From: Lama glama
Lineage: Eukaryota
Assembly: GCA_028534125.1 (NCBI GenBank)
Contig: CM052817.1
Span: 30,444,001-30,508,000, forward strand
Reading direction: 5' to 3'
DNA: 64,000 nt
Shown here: in pieces, positions 50,360 to 62,816 of the stretch
How positions within the stretch are numbered: position 1 is the first letter of the stretch
Layout of the letters: each line of letters opens with the position of its first letter
Program-made: the position numbers and the translations under genes
Notes under the pieces: model-generated
What the model was told of the DNA's origin: nothing
The model's database searches: none
What the model saw: only the letters and a program-made list of their open reading frames with translations

Positions 50360-50730
50360 GTTTCTTTGCCATTGTTAATACATGCTTCATCTTCTCTGGC
50401 CTCCAGTTCTTTGCCTAGGCTGTTCCCTTGCTAGGATGCCCTTTCTTTTTTTCTATTCCTTTTTCTAAATCTTCTATACTTTAATGGACATGTAAAATGC
50501 TACCATTTTTCAAAGAATTACACCCTACCTTAAACCTAAACTGAAGTAATCATACTCTTCTCTGAATTCTCACAGTATGTTATTAAAAACACTTAAAATG
50601 ATCTACTCTGCATTATAGTTACTTAATAGTTATCGATTTGTTACTATATTGTAATCATCTTGAAACATGATTGGTGTCTAGATGTTTTTTAATCCTCTGC
50701 AAAATATCTTGTACAGAGCAGAAATGTAAA
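50360..50730 (+). mobile_element. L2 fragment
   Basis: ggctgttcccttgctaggatgccctt...aaatgctacc...ctatattgtaatcatcttgaa. Confidence 0.45.
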
Positions 50731-51349
50731 TCAAATGTTCAAAGTATTATTTAGTTTCAAAAATATTTAATTTCAAAATAATATCATGCTTGCATCAGGA
50801 TGTTTTTTCACAGCCAGAAAGATAGTCAACTGCATAATAATAAAGAATTTGTAAAATCTCACAGCATTCACTTGAAGCAGAATATTGCCTATCTCACTGA
50901 TTCGTTTTTGCTGTGATCCTGGCTGTGTGTGGACTAGAAGTGGACCAATGTAAGAGGCATCCAGCTAGCAAGTGGTTGCTGTGCTATCACAATTTATTGA
51001 TTGAGATCCTATTTTGAATGCCTTGTAGCTTGTTTTTGAGCCTCTGAGAATTTTTTTAAAGTGAGAGTTAGATTCAGGATTTTCCTTCATTTTGCCTTTT
51101 AGATTTAGTGTACATGGAGAGAAAGAGCAATTCACTCTTAGCTCAGTGTTTTCAGGCAACAGCTCATAAGTGGGAAGCTAAGATAAGAGACAGAAAAGAA
51201 GAAAGGGGATCGAGTGGAAGTGAGTGAATTTTAAACCTCATTTCTACAGATGAAATGGTTGGCTGATAACATGCTGTCGTTCTATGTTAGAGTCTCTTTG
51301 GTGTAACCTGTGTGTGGATGGAAGAGAGGAAAAGGAAGAATTAGAAAGA

Positions 51350-51570
51350 ACCTAACACATTAGATGCTACCAAGAGCCAGACATTCTGCTAAGTGATGCG
51401 TGGATTATTTTATTCCATTCTAACAATCTGTGATACAGGTAGAGTCATTACTCACTTGTTATTGATGAAGAAGTTGAGGCTCTGGAAATTTCAGTACAGC
51501 TATAAGATCAATAGCTAAGCCAGCTTCACCGTTCATCCCATCAGTCCCCCAAGTTTATGTCCTCTCCACT
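51350..51570 (-). mobile_element. MIR fragment
   Basis: gccagacattctgctaagtg...taacaatctgtgatacaggta...gatgaagaagttgaggctc. Confidence 0.6.
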
Positions 51571-52699
51571 ATAACATATTGAATAAACTCAAGCATGATG
51601 TGAATATTAACATTCTCACTGTCACTGTGCTTTTTCTTTTTCTTTTTTTTTTTCACTTCTCTCTGATATTTTTTAATTGGGGAACTTTTAATTCATTGTC
51701 TATGGGCTCTAAACACTCTGAATAATTACATAATCAAGTCATAATCCTAGGTCACAGAGTAAACAGCACTTTCTGAAATACTTTACCCTCTTGAGGAAAC
51801 ATGATGAAGTTAAAGCGAAAATAGCACAAAGAGGCTTAGAGTCTGGTTGCAGAGTCAGGTTCAATGAAATTTAAAGAAAACCAGGAGACAGGGAAAAATC
51901 CGAAAAGTGGGACAGCTGAAAGAAGGCCAAATACACTAAGCATCTCAGTAGATTACATTTTTGGTACTGAGACGAGTTGGAGGGTCACCCCATTGAGACC
52001 TTCTTCAAACACATTTTCTTCCTCGACTTCAGAACTTGCTTTGTACATGAGATGTTTGAATAACTCTTTGAACCTACACATTTCTCAGCAGAACACAGAA
52101 AAAGAACTGATTAGAAATTTAAATTTCAAAAATATTCAACATTTTAAAAGATTTCTTCTCAAAATACTGTGCAGTGGTTTCCAGTGGGTCTTATATCCCT
52201 TACAAAGGGTCACTGCACTGGCATCCCTGCCAGAATGGACTGTTTGAAAGCATCTTGAATGGTTGCACAAGTGAGAATGAGTAAAGAGAAAAACTGTATT
52301 TCAATTCTCAACTATCTAATGCTCCTGTATGTACATAGTAACCTTTACTGAATTTATTGTCTTATTAATCCTTTGCACATCCAGAAGGTAGGAAGGGTCA
52401 GTTTGTCATTGTTTTTTAATTGGAGTTCCACTCAGTTCAAAGCATTGCAGTGAACTTTGTAAAGAATACATGAGCATAAAAGACAGACTCCTAGACTTAA
52501 AGCATCTTTCGATGTAATGGGAAGACAAATAAATACATAGAATGTGCTCATTATTATGAGCAGGGCCCTTTGACTTGGCATACAGATGTGTTATCATCTG
52601 CATGAAATGGACCACAGATGGCACATCTGTCTCATCTGTGCCATGAACACCTCTGTTGTGCTATTTCAGACATTTCAATGTTGCAGAAAGCCCCTACTT

Positions 52700-52845
52700 T
52701 GCTTTAATTACTCGTTTTGCTATCTGTCTTCCCTCAAATACTGTAAGCCTCAAAAATGAAGTCACCGTTATTTCTACCTATTAATGTATACATGGTGCTT
52801 TATCTAAGTGCTCAATAACTATTAATAAATAACTGAATAAATAAA
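52700..52845 (+). mobile_element. L2 3' end
   Basis: tctgtcttccc...actgtaagcct...taagtgctcaataactattaataaataactgaat. Confidence 0.55.
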
Positions 52846-55199
52846 TGCTATGTTTTCAGAGTCACTTTAACATGTTCACGATCACCTCAAATTTTGCCCT
52901 TTTTAAAAGTTTTTTCTTTTAATAGCATGTTAGCTTCCCTTGGCTGACAAGTAATAGAACTGCTTGCATAATAGGGATTATTGAACAGTATTTCTCACAG
53001 GAAAAAATTAACAAATGAGGGTAAATTTGATTTGGGGAACTTCTTGATTCATGTTTTCATCAAAAGCCCCTTTCGTGGTACCACTTTAGGGTCGCATCTC
53101 CTTTATTCTTGCTACACATGTGTATTAAAGCTCCCGTGCTAAGGGCTGGAAGCAGAAGAGCAGATCAACCCTCACTCTCAGGAAGCTTACAGTCCGCAGG
53201 TAGAGAAATCAATAAAGGCAAGAAATAAAGATTACAGACCATGTTTAAACACTAACGCAAAGCAGAGTAGTGACAGGAAATCCTGATCCAGTCCCAAATA
53301 GAAACTAAGAAATTAGGGCCAAATTCCAGAACTTTCAACTAACTGTCTTCATTTCAAAATGCAACCGCACCATCTCTGTAAGGTTGACTGCTAGGTATTC
53401 AAATTAAAATAACCTTCTAACTAATCTGATGACTTGCTTTTTGCTAACGCCAAGCAGCAAGTTAGGCACTGTATCTCAAAAAGTGGTACAATACAAGGTT
53501 AGAGTTAAAATTTTAGATACAATAGCCTATCAGAGAAAGCCAACCAGAATTACTACAGTTGAAGCCAAGGACTCTGAATTTTAACAGGTTTGCCAATGAA
53601 TTTTCATGCATACCAAAATCAGATCCACTACCTCTTGCCGACTTTGCTTACTTAAAAATCACCTCTGAGTTTCATACCTGGTTGTTTTAGTTGAAGGTCT
53701 TCTGTTCCGAATTCAACTCAAATATGGATTTTTAATTAATTATTTTTTAATAAGGTATCATATAAATTCAACAGGAAAATATGAGGTAAAAGCTAGGAGA
53801 GACTCTTTGAAAATTGCACCAGAGAGAATGCAGTTACTCTCATCAAAGAAAATAATATTAGATGGCACAGATAATTCCTTCTGACAGAAATTACTATTCT
53901 GGAAGAAAACATGAGCTCTATTTGGCAGCAATATTCTGTGAAGTTTTCAGTGAATCCTTTAATATTTTTGAGTCTACATGTTACAGTCTGTGCGTAAATA
54001 GACATAAGACACAACACAATAACCGAAGAAGGGTGATCCCACGTAGCAGTCTTTTTAGCAAAACAAGGACTGGATTTGGAACATGCAGATCTGATGGTTA
54101 CTCTATCATTTACTTTTTTATACTAAGTAGATCATTTAGTCCTTCTGAAAATTAAATTCTGATTTTGGATATGTGGACAACAGTACCTTATATCACACTT
54201 GCAGAAAAGAGAATCAAATGGAATGAGTATAAGCAATACAAACTCTAAAATGTTACTCAAATGTGTAAATTGAATAATAATCATTGGAGTGAGGCTCTTT
54301 CCAGTTCTTTTGATCTCTAAGCTATTTTTAAATATATTGTGCATTGTTATATAGTAAGTTATGTTAGCATCCATATTATCAATTTATTATCAATTTCAAA
54401 TATTTATTATCAATTTGAAACACTCGGAATGATAATGGAATATAGAGGAATCTCTGTTGATTAACCATACCATATTATAAACTAACTCTAGGAAACAGAA
54501 ATCATGAAGTACATCTCTCTTACATTGCCAAAAATCTACCAAGTGTTTAATTCACTTTAAGAACTCAATTTCTTTAAATGTTTTTAATAGAAAACATGAA
54601 AGCTTCTGTTTCTCAAGGTAGAAGCCGCTAACATGAATTTGATCCCTTTCACAAAACCAACATGGGATATGCTTCAAAAGTGAGAAGATATGATTCTGAA
54701 AAGCCCAGAATACAACATAGAAACTATGAGAAACCCTTGGGGAGACAAAAAATAACATGAAGGAGGTGCAGGTGGGGAGAGGGCTACAGGGCATAGAATA
54801 AGGGACAAATATCTATTTATGTATTTTTTCTCCCGTGTGACCTAGATGAATTGTTGCCCAACTATTGTCACAGGCAGGAAAACAGCAGCACCATGCCAAA
54901 CTGGCACAGAAACAGAAAACATTAACTCACAAAAAAATCTAAACGAAATGACATTTTATTAAAAGAACTGCCTTTACGAAAACATAAAAACATCCTATAA
55001 GTTTTCCACAATCATATCATTTAAACAACAACAACAAAAAAATAATGTCTATGTCATATAAATTCCTACAGAAAAAAAATAAATAAATGATGCCACTAGC
55101 TTACTTTATGGGCCTAGTAAAATCCAGACCCTAAACCTGGATAAGGGGTGTTCATGGATGCTAACATAAATTATTATATAACAATACACTAATATATTT

Positions 55200-55980
55200 A
55201 AAAAGTAGCTTAGAGATCAAAAGAACTGGAAAGAGCCTCACTCCCACCTTTACATAAGAAAAATACAAACAAAAATTAGACAAACAGCAAATTAATAATT
55301 TTCTTTAACCCATCAGATAACTGAGGTCTCAATACAAACAGCTATTTCTTAAAGATATAGCCGGTTTGGTTCCAAACCACCACAATAAAACAAATACTGC
55401 AATAAAGCAAGTCACATGAATTTTTTGGTTTCCCAGTGCATATAAAAATTGTTTATACTATACTGTAGTCTATTGAATGTGCCATAGAATTACGTCTAAA
55501 AAAGCAGTATACATACTTTAATTTAAAAAATACTTCATTACTAAAAAATGCTAATCATCATCTGGCAATGCAAGGTTGCAAGAAACCTTCAATTTGTAAA
55601 AAAATATATATATATACTATTTCCAAAGTGTAATAAAGTAAATAAAGTGCAATAAGACAAGGTACACTTGTAACCTAAAATCTGGAGAGAAACAGGTGCT
55701 ACAGGGAAGACTAGCATTTGCTTACCTGGCACATATACTATCATATACCATTTAAACTAGTAAGAAGATTCAGGTAGTAATATTTAACAAATTTCTAAAG
55801 GCTGTATTTGGGCCAGTGTTATAGTGTGAAGTCCCTGACAGCCTACAGGTACAGTGTGTTCCATGCTTTTATAGGCTTTTCCTCCAGGAAACTCACCTGA
55901 TGCTAACTGGGAAAATCAGGGGAAATCCTAAAAGAGTTTCTACCATGGTGCTGGCGTGGGGAAGAACAGCATTCTATTTT
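55200..55980 (+). mobile_element. Old L1M 5'-end region interrupted by Tigger1
   Basis: tttctttaacccatcagataactgaggtc | cctaaaatctggagag resembles an L1MC/MD 5' end. Confidence 0.5.
55339..55670 (-). mobile_element. Internally deleted Tigger1 (TcMar) DNA transposon
   Basis: Both ends are present (ggttccaaaccaccacaataaa...ttttttggtttcccagtgcatataaaa, and aaaccttcaatttgtaaaa...gtgcaataagacaaggtacacttg followed by TA); no transposase. Confidence 0.85.
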
Positions 55981-56019
55981 CAAAATTCTATCCTGATACA
56001 TCATTGATATTTCTCCTAT

Positions 56020-57460
56020 AAAAAAGATCCTCGTATTATAAGGTGAGTTTAGCAAGGTTGCAAAGTAAATGCCAATAAACAAATGTGAATGAAAAAACTA
56101 TTTAGCATCAATGAGCAATTAAAATTTTAAAAAGAAAATCCTATTTACAATAGCACTAAAATTATTTATAGATAAGGTAACCAAATATATGTAAGAGCTA
56201 TGTATTAATCCAGTTATCCAGAGAAATAGAACCAATAGAGGGAGGGAGTGTGTGTGTGTGTGTGTGTGTAGAGTAATCTGCTTTAGTTAAATGTTAATGT
56301 CATCTTTAAAATACCTTTACAATGACATTCAGACTGGTGTTGATTACTTATCTGGATAATGTGGCCTAGCCTAGTCAACACAAAATTAATCATCATATCT
56401 CTATACTGAAGACTATAAAATACTAATGAAAAGTTATGAAAGAAGATCTAAATAAATGAAGTATACCATATAAGTGGATTAAAAGAGTCAATATATATTA
56501 TAGATGTACGTTCTAAGAAAATTAATCTACAAATTCAATGCAATCATAACCAAAATCACAGCAAGTATTTTGGTATATTTTGCTAAGCTGATTCTAAAAT
56601 TCACATGAAAAGAGAAAGGAACTAGACTAATCAAACAATCCTGAAGAAGAACAAGGTTGGAAGACTTACACTCCCCATTTCAAGACTTACACTAAAAGCC
56701 AAAGCAATTATGGCAGTTTGATACTGGTGAAAGAGCAGACATAAATTAGTGGAGTAGAATAGAAAGTTTAGAAATAGATCCAGATGAATATAATCATAGA
56801 TTTTTGATAAAATTACAAGAGCAAATTAATAAAAATGGATAGTCTTTTTCAACAATTATTGCTAGAACAGCTGGACATCCTTATTTAAAAAAAATAAACC
56901 TCAACATACAACTCATACCTTTTTCAAAAATTAACTTGTAATAGATCACAGGTGTAAATGCAAAATGTAAAAGTATAAAATTTCTAGAAAAAAAGAAATG
57001 ACAAATAAAATCACACCTGTAAGACTTTTGGTTTGGTAATAAGTATTTTTATGACACCAAAAGAAACATACATAAAAGAAAGAAAAACTTGGTAATTAGG
57101 ACTTCATGAAAATTTAAAACTTGCTTTTGCAAAGGAAACTGTTAGAATAAAAAGACAAGCTACAGACTAGAAGAAAATATTTGCAAATCACATAGATGAT
57201 TAAACACCTGTATACAGAATAAATTAAGACTTCTTAAAACTCAATAATAAGGGAAAAACTACATAATAGCAAATGACTTTTTAAAAAAGATGCAAAATAC
57301 CTAAACAGATACTTCACCAAAGTAAATATTAGGTGATAAATAAGCATAAAGAGTCTCATTATCCTTAGAATTAGGAAAGTACAATTTAAACCATAATGAA
57401 GTATTACCATATACCTATTAGAAGGGCAAAACATATAAAAAAGAAATACCAATCCTGCCA
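56020..57460 (+). mobile_element. L1M ORF2 fragment (degenerate), interrupted by an MLT2
   Basis: gagtttagcaaggttgca...aagaagatctaaataaatg...aagctgattctaaaattc...ttcaagacttac...gaagaaaatatttgcaaatcac. Confidence 0.85.
56201..56397 (-). mobile_element. MLT2 LTR, internally deleted, containing (GT)n
   Basis: tgtatt..cagttatccagagaaatagaaccaatag...aaatgttaat...gtggcctagcctagtcaacacaaaattaatcatca. Confidence 0.75.
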
Positions 57461-57939
57461 AAACAATTTAACAGTGAGAGGAGGAAATAAATCACAGCTA
57501 ATCCTTTGAGTCCAGAATTACCCTGAAACCAAAACTAGTCTAAAACATTATTAGAGAAAAAAATTACATAAAAGTCAACATTAAAAACTTTAACAATATA
57601 TTAATCAATCAAATCCAAAAAATATAAAAAGGAAAATAAATCATATGTAAGTAGATATTACCTCAGAATCAGGGATTGGTTTCACATTTGAAAACCAACC
57701 AACGTAATACACAATTATGAGAGAATGAAGTAGAAAACAAAAGTCAATAATTGAAGAAAAAGCCAACAGATTGGCTAAGCCCCAGAATCTGAGTACAAAC
57801 CATGCACATAAAATTCTTGGTTAATTGCTAAACTGCAAGTTCAGGTAAAATGCCTGGGAAGCTAGACAAAAAAGGAAGAAGAAGAAAGAAGAAAGAACAA
57901 AATATACACACTTTCTTCTTTTAATTTCTTTCAAAACAT

Positions 57940-58245
57940 GTTGAGTATAAGAAGTCAAACAGAATGTGCACACTGTGTGATCTCATTTATATGACATTCT
58001 AGAAGAAACAAAACTTATCTTTAGTGAAAGAAGACAGATCATTAGTCATCTGGGGCAGGGGATCAAAGACAGAAATTGACTGCAAAGGGTCACACGGGAA
58101 CTTTTTGAGGTGATGGAAATTTTCTATATCTTCATTGTGGTGATGAGTATATAGATGTACACACTTATCAAAACTCCTCATACTGTACCCTTAACATGGG
58201 TGCACTTTATTATATGTAAATTATACCTTATTAAATATGATTATG
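57940..58245 (+). mobile_element. L1MD/ME 3' end
   Basis: ttgactgcaaagggtcac..gggaactttttgaggtgatggaaat...tatcaaaactc...ttattatatgtaaattatacct. Confidence 0.8.
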
Positions 58246-58249
58246 AAAG

Positions 58250-58990
58250 ACATAAAGTAATAAATAATACTGAATTTGACAAAATATAAAGAATTCTGTT
58301 CAATGAAGGATACTATAAGCAAAGTTAAAAGACATTAAAGACCAGGAGGGATATTTGCAATGTCTAAAATAAACACAGTATTAAGAATACACAAAGTATT
58401 GAGGCTATACAAGGAACTTACAAAAATTAATAAGGACAAAACAAGAAACCCAAAAGAAAAAATGGACAAAGACTGCATGTTTGAAAAAGAGGCTCATCGT
58501 CACTACTAAAGTAACAAATTTCAAAATACCAGTTTTCAAAGTGACAAAAATCAAAAAGTTGATAGTACCAAATATTATAAAGTATAAAGGTGAAATTAAG
58601 CTGCCAGGTTTGCTGCTAGCCCCATAAATTAACTCTGAAAAGCAATCAGGAAGTACTTAGTGAAATTATATATGTGCATATGACCTACAAAACCCTCTTC
58701 TCGTAATACTAAGTGTTAATCATAGGAGATTAGATGACTAATATGTGGCATATGCATGAGATGAAACTCAAGGCAACAATCACAAGAATAAAACTAGATG
58801 CACAGTAGAATTAATAAATCACAAGAAAACATAGTGTTGGGTAGAAAACCTATTAAACAGAATAAGATGATTCATAATAATTTATGTAAACTAAAAATAC
58901 ATGAACACGTACATATACAGAATAACACTATATAATTTTCAAGGATACATTCAACTCAAAGTCTAACATGTATATGAGTGGAGAGGAATG
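58250..58990 (+). mobile_element. L1ME-like fragments
   Basis: ttctgttcaatgaaggatactataagcaaagttaaaagaca...atatttgcaatg...gaaaaatggacaaagac. Confidence 0.6.
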
Positions 58991-59659
58991 CCAGTGGAGA
59001 TGAGGAACCAAGTAAAGTTAGTAATTATGAAAAAATAAGAGCATCTGCACAGATTGACATCAGAGAAGTATAATTAATTCTCTGCACATAAAGGAAAAAA
59101 ATGTATTTCATTCACGCTTCTCAACACTGTTGTAACGTTGGGTCCACATCCTTGTATCTGAGCTATTACTCTTTTCTCAAGTGATAGTCTAAACTATGAA
59201 GACAACAACAGTATTCTAAACATGTGCTTCGGATTACTGTCTTTCTTCATATCAAAATGGATATAGCATTCTTTGGGGGAACGTCAAGGGATCGTTTCAT
59301 CAATACTTTTTCCCCTCTAAAGAGGATATTTTCATTTTTCATGGTATGTGACATACTGCCAAGACTCATCTTGTTTTAAAATGAGAAAATATGTCAAGAA
59401 GCATAATTCAGTTTAGATGAACATTATGAAGTAATTATATTTCTCATTTCATAACAATCAGTTGTTGACGGTGGAGTAAGGGTATCTTACATCGTCTAAG
59501 AATAATCTACAAATCTCTTGGAGACCTACTTTCTATCTCAGTTTGCACCCACTTTTATTCTTTTGCAAGAATTGTTGGTACCTTTATTTCCATGTGCAAT
59601 TTTTTTTCAGGTAAAATTCTGTTGATAATAGCTTTATGAAAGTGTGGCATTCTGAAGCT

Positions 59660-60350
59660 CTTTCTCCAGTGGAGGAGATAAGACATATAAGAATAACTAT
59701 AAGAAAAGCAATGCATCATAAATGACACCCTTTCCTTTAGAGGATAAACAAATTATTAAAGAAGGGGATATGAAGGGAACAAACAACATTTAAGTTGGAA
59801 CTTGAAGTAAGGGAAATTCAGATATTCTAAGATGGAGGAGCAAGATATTCCAAATAAAGAGAACAAAAGGAGGTAGGAAACTAAAGAGTATACAAAGGAA
59901 CTGCAAGTATTTCAGTTCACACAATACATTGTACCATGTGGGGAGCCATATGAAATAAGATAGCAAAATTAAGTTGAAAGGCAGATCATAAATAAAGAAT
60001 TTGAATTTTTATTACATACAATTTGGATAAAAGGTAACGGCATATCAGAAACAACTTAGGAATATTAATCAGTTACATGGGATGAGCTTAGAGAAGAAAT
60101 GAAATCAAATGAAATGGGGAGATTGGTTAGAAAGCTGTAACAACTTATCTCAAAGTTATCAAGAGGTAAGGAGAGCTTGAAATAGGGGAGATGCTATGCA
60201 AATAGAAGAGGAACAATGCATATAGAATAAATTTTCTAAGAAATGAAAAGCAATTGGGTGAAGGAGATTAAATTAATAAGTTAAAATAGTTTTTATTTTA
60301 GTCTAAGTGACTGGTGGTACACTTAATTCATTAGTGGGAAGAAGGAAAAT
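59660..60350 (-). mobile_element. L2 fragments
   Basis: catttaagttggaacttgaag...aaagaatttgaattttt...ggagattggttagaaagctgt. Confidence 0.55.
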
Positions 60351-60363
60351 GTAGAACATCGGG

Positions 60364-61244
60364 TGTGAAAAAAATATATATATATATTGGTCTCTGCCCC
60401 TAGTTCCTGCTAATATTTGGTCTTTTACCTCAGTTTCTAATACAGAACTTCTAAAACTCGTATTAATTCCGAGTGATCGGGGAATATAACACAGATCCCC
60501 TTAGAATTTCCAGGGCAACAGAAACTCCTTTTGTTCTAATGAGGTGACTCTCTACGTGCTCCTGAATGGGGCCCTAGAAAGAGCAAGTCATGATTAGAAG
60601 CCTGGAACTTTCAACCCCACCCCTCCATTTTCCAGAGAGGAGACAGGGGCCAGAAAGTTGAGTTAATAATTGATCCTACCCACGTGATAAAGGCTCCATA
60701 AAAATTCCACAAGTACAGGGTTGAGAAAGCTTCCAGGCTGGTGAACACATATACATGGCAGGAGGATGTCACACCCCAACTCCAGGAGACAGAAGCTCCT
60801 GCACCTGGGACCCTTTGAGGCTTGCCCTGTGCATCCTTTCATCTGGCTGTTCATTTGCATTCTTTAAAATATCCTTTATAATAAATTGAGAACAATAAGT
60901 AAACTATTTTCCTGGGTTCTATCAACCACTCTAAGTAAATTACTGAACATGAGGAGGGTGCCATGGGAACCTTTAATTTGTAGTCAAGTTGGACAGAAGT
61001 TGTGGGTGACCTGGAGACCTACTTGCAACTGGCTTCTGATGTGGGGGGCAGTCCTGGGAACAGAGCCCTTAACCTGCGGGGTCTGTACTGACTTTGGTTA
61101 GTGTCAGAATTGAATTGAATTTCATCAACATCTGACAAGTTGATGTTGGAAAACTGGTTAGTGTGGGGGGAAAAACCCCCAAACATTTGAAAGCCAGAGC
61201 AGTAACAGAGTAGTGAGGAAATAAAAGGCTTTCCTTTCTAGACA
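60364..61244 (+). mobile_element. MER21B/C-type solo LTR, near full length
   Basis: ttttgttctaatgaggtgactc...tgattagaagcctggaactttca...gcttccaggctggtgaacaca...gacagaagctcctgc...ttcatctggctgttcat...agtgtcagaattgaattgaat. Confidence 0.85.
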
Positions 61245-61339
61245 TTATGTTTAGCCAAAGATAAAAAAAAAGTGTATTCTGGACTTGGTTTTAAATGTCT
61301 AAGATATCTCTAACAGAAAATGTTCAAGTAACAGTTGGA

Positions 61340-61550
61340 TTACTTTAGGTAATGCTAGATGCTATAACAGAAAAACCTTGACATCTAAGTGGCTTAACAA
61401 AATAAATGTTTATTTCCTCTTTGTGTAAAGCCTAGTAAGAGTGTAGGAGAGGGGAGGGAGTCTGCCCCACAGATATTTAAGTACTCTGGCTGAAAAATAT
61501 CTATCATCTTTAATATATGGCTTCCACTGTTTCTCTAGGTAATGGAAGGC
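61340..61550 (-). mobile_element. MLT1J/K-like LTR fragment
   Basis: tgctagatgctataacag...agtggcttaacaaaataaatgtttatttc. Confidence 0.55.
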
Positions 61551-62510
61551 ATATTCTTAAACTAGAGTAGAGTTCATCAGAAATGATGACACTCCAAAGG
61601 AGAAAGTACAGAAAGAATGGAGTCAAAAACCAGACTCCTAAAGATCATATACTTTTTTGAACTAAGTTTCAGAATGAGAAGTACAATTAAAAGGCTCAGT
61701 ATCAGAAAATCTAATGGAAGGGTCTGAAGAAAAAAGAGACAATAAACTGTATTAAATCCAAAGAGTGGGGCAAGGAAGATGAACAGAGAGAAAAACTATG
61801 GGAACTGATGACTATGAGACTACTATATCACTTTCTAATCGTGTGAATTTAATCACTTTGAGAGCAAAAACTATATGAAAAGGGATGAAAGAATAAGTGA
61901 ACTGTAAGAAAGTTCAATCCATGTAGATATTAATGTTTATAGGTAACAGTAATTTAAGAAGAGAGGTCCATGTACCATAATGCTGAATGCTGAAGTATAC
62001 AATGGGTTACAAAGAATGCTGTTCAACTGGCAAACTGGAATTCTATGAAAATATTTCAAGCTTGAAGATTAAAAATCCAACTCAAAAGAAGAGTATAAAT
62101 ACGTAGCTAAAAACTGTAGGATTGACAAGCAAGGTCACAGAGAAGGTTAAGAAGAAAAGAGTTGGGAGAATTACTGGAGTATGATGTTTAAGAAATCTAG
62201 AAAAAGGAAATCAAATGGACAACAACAAAATCCTCACAAAAATGTGACTTATTTATGAAGAAAATATTTAAATTATTGAAAGATAAAAAATAAAATATGA
62301 AAAGATACACATATTCTTGGATGGAAACATTCAACATCATAAAGATGACAATTCTTGCAAAATCAATCTTTAATGTGATACAATCTCAAATGTAAAATGT
62401 CAATAGATTTTGTTTTATTTTGGTTTATTTTGTAGAATTATATATGCTGATTCTAGGGCTTAGATGGTAAAACAAACAAACACAAAAAGCTTGGAAATTT
62501 ATTTTAAAAG

Positions 62511-62816
62511 GCTAGAGGAGTTCGAAATTTGTAGAAACTGACAGGTACATACAGAACAGATAAACAAGATTATACTGCATAGTACAGGGAAATATATACA
62601 AGATCTTATGGTAGCTCACGGTGAAAAAGTATGCAACAATGAATATATGTGTGTTCATGTATAACTGAAAAATTGTATTCTACACTGGAAATTGACACAA
62701 CATTGTAAACTGACTGTAACTCAATAAAATAACATAAAATAACATAACATAAAATAAAATAAAATAAAATAAAATAAAATAAAATAAAATAAAATAAAAT
62801 AAAATGAAATAAAAAA
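62511..62816 (+). mobile_element. Young lineage-specific L1, 5'-truncated 3'UTR plus (AAAAT)n tail
   Basis: aacaagattatactgcatagtacagggaaatatatacaagatcttatggtagctcac...ctacactggaaattgacacaacattgtaaactgactgtaactcaataaa, then an A-rich tail. Inserted at TT/AAAAG. Confidence 0.85.
62723..62816. repeat. (AAAAT)n microsatellite derived from the L1 poly(A) tail
   Basis: Read directly. Confidence 0.9.

Noticed and set aside
51864..52247. 127-aa ORF on the plus strand
   Set aside because: No recognisable domain or splice context, and the length is plausible by chance in 64 kb.
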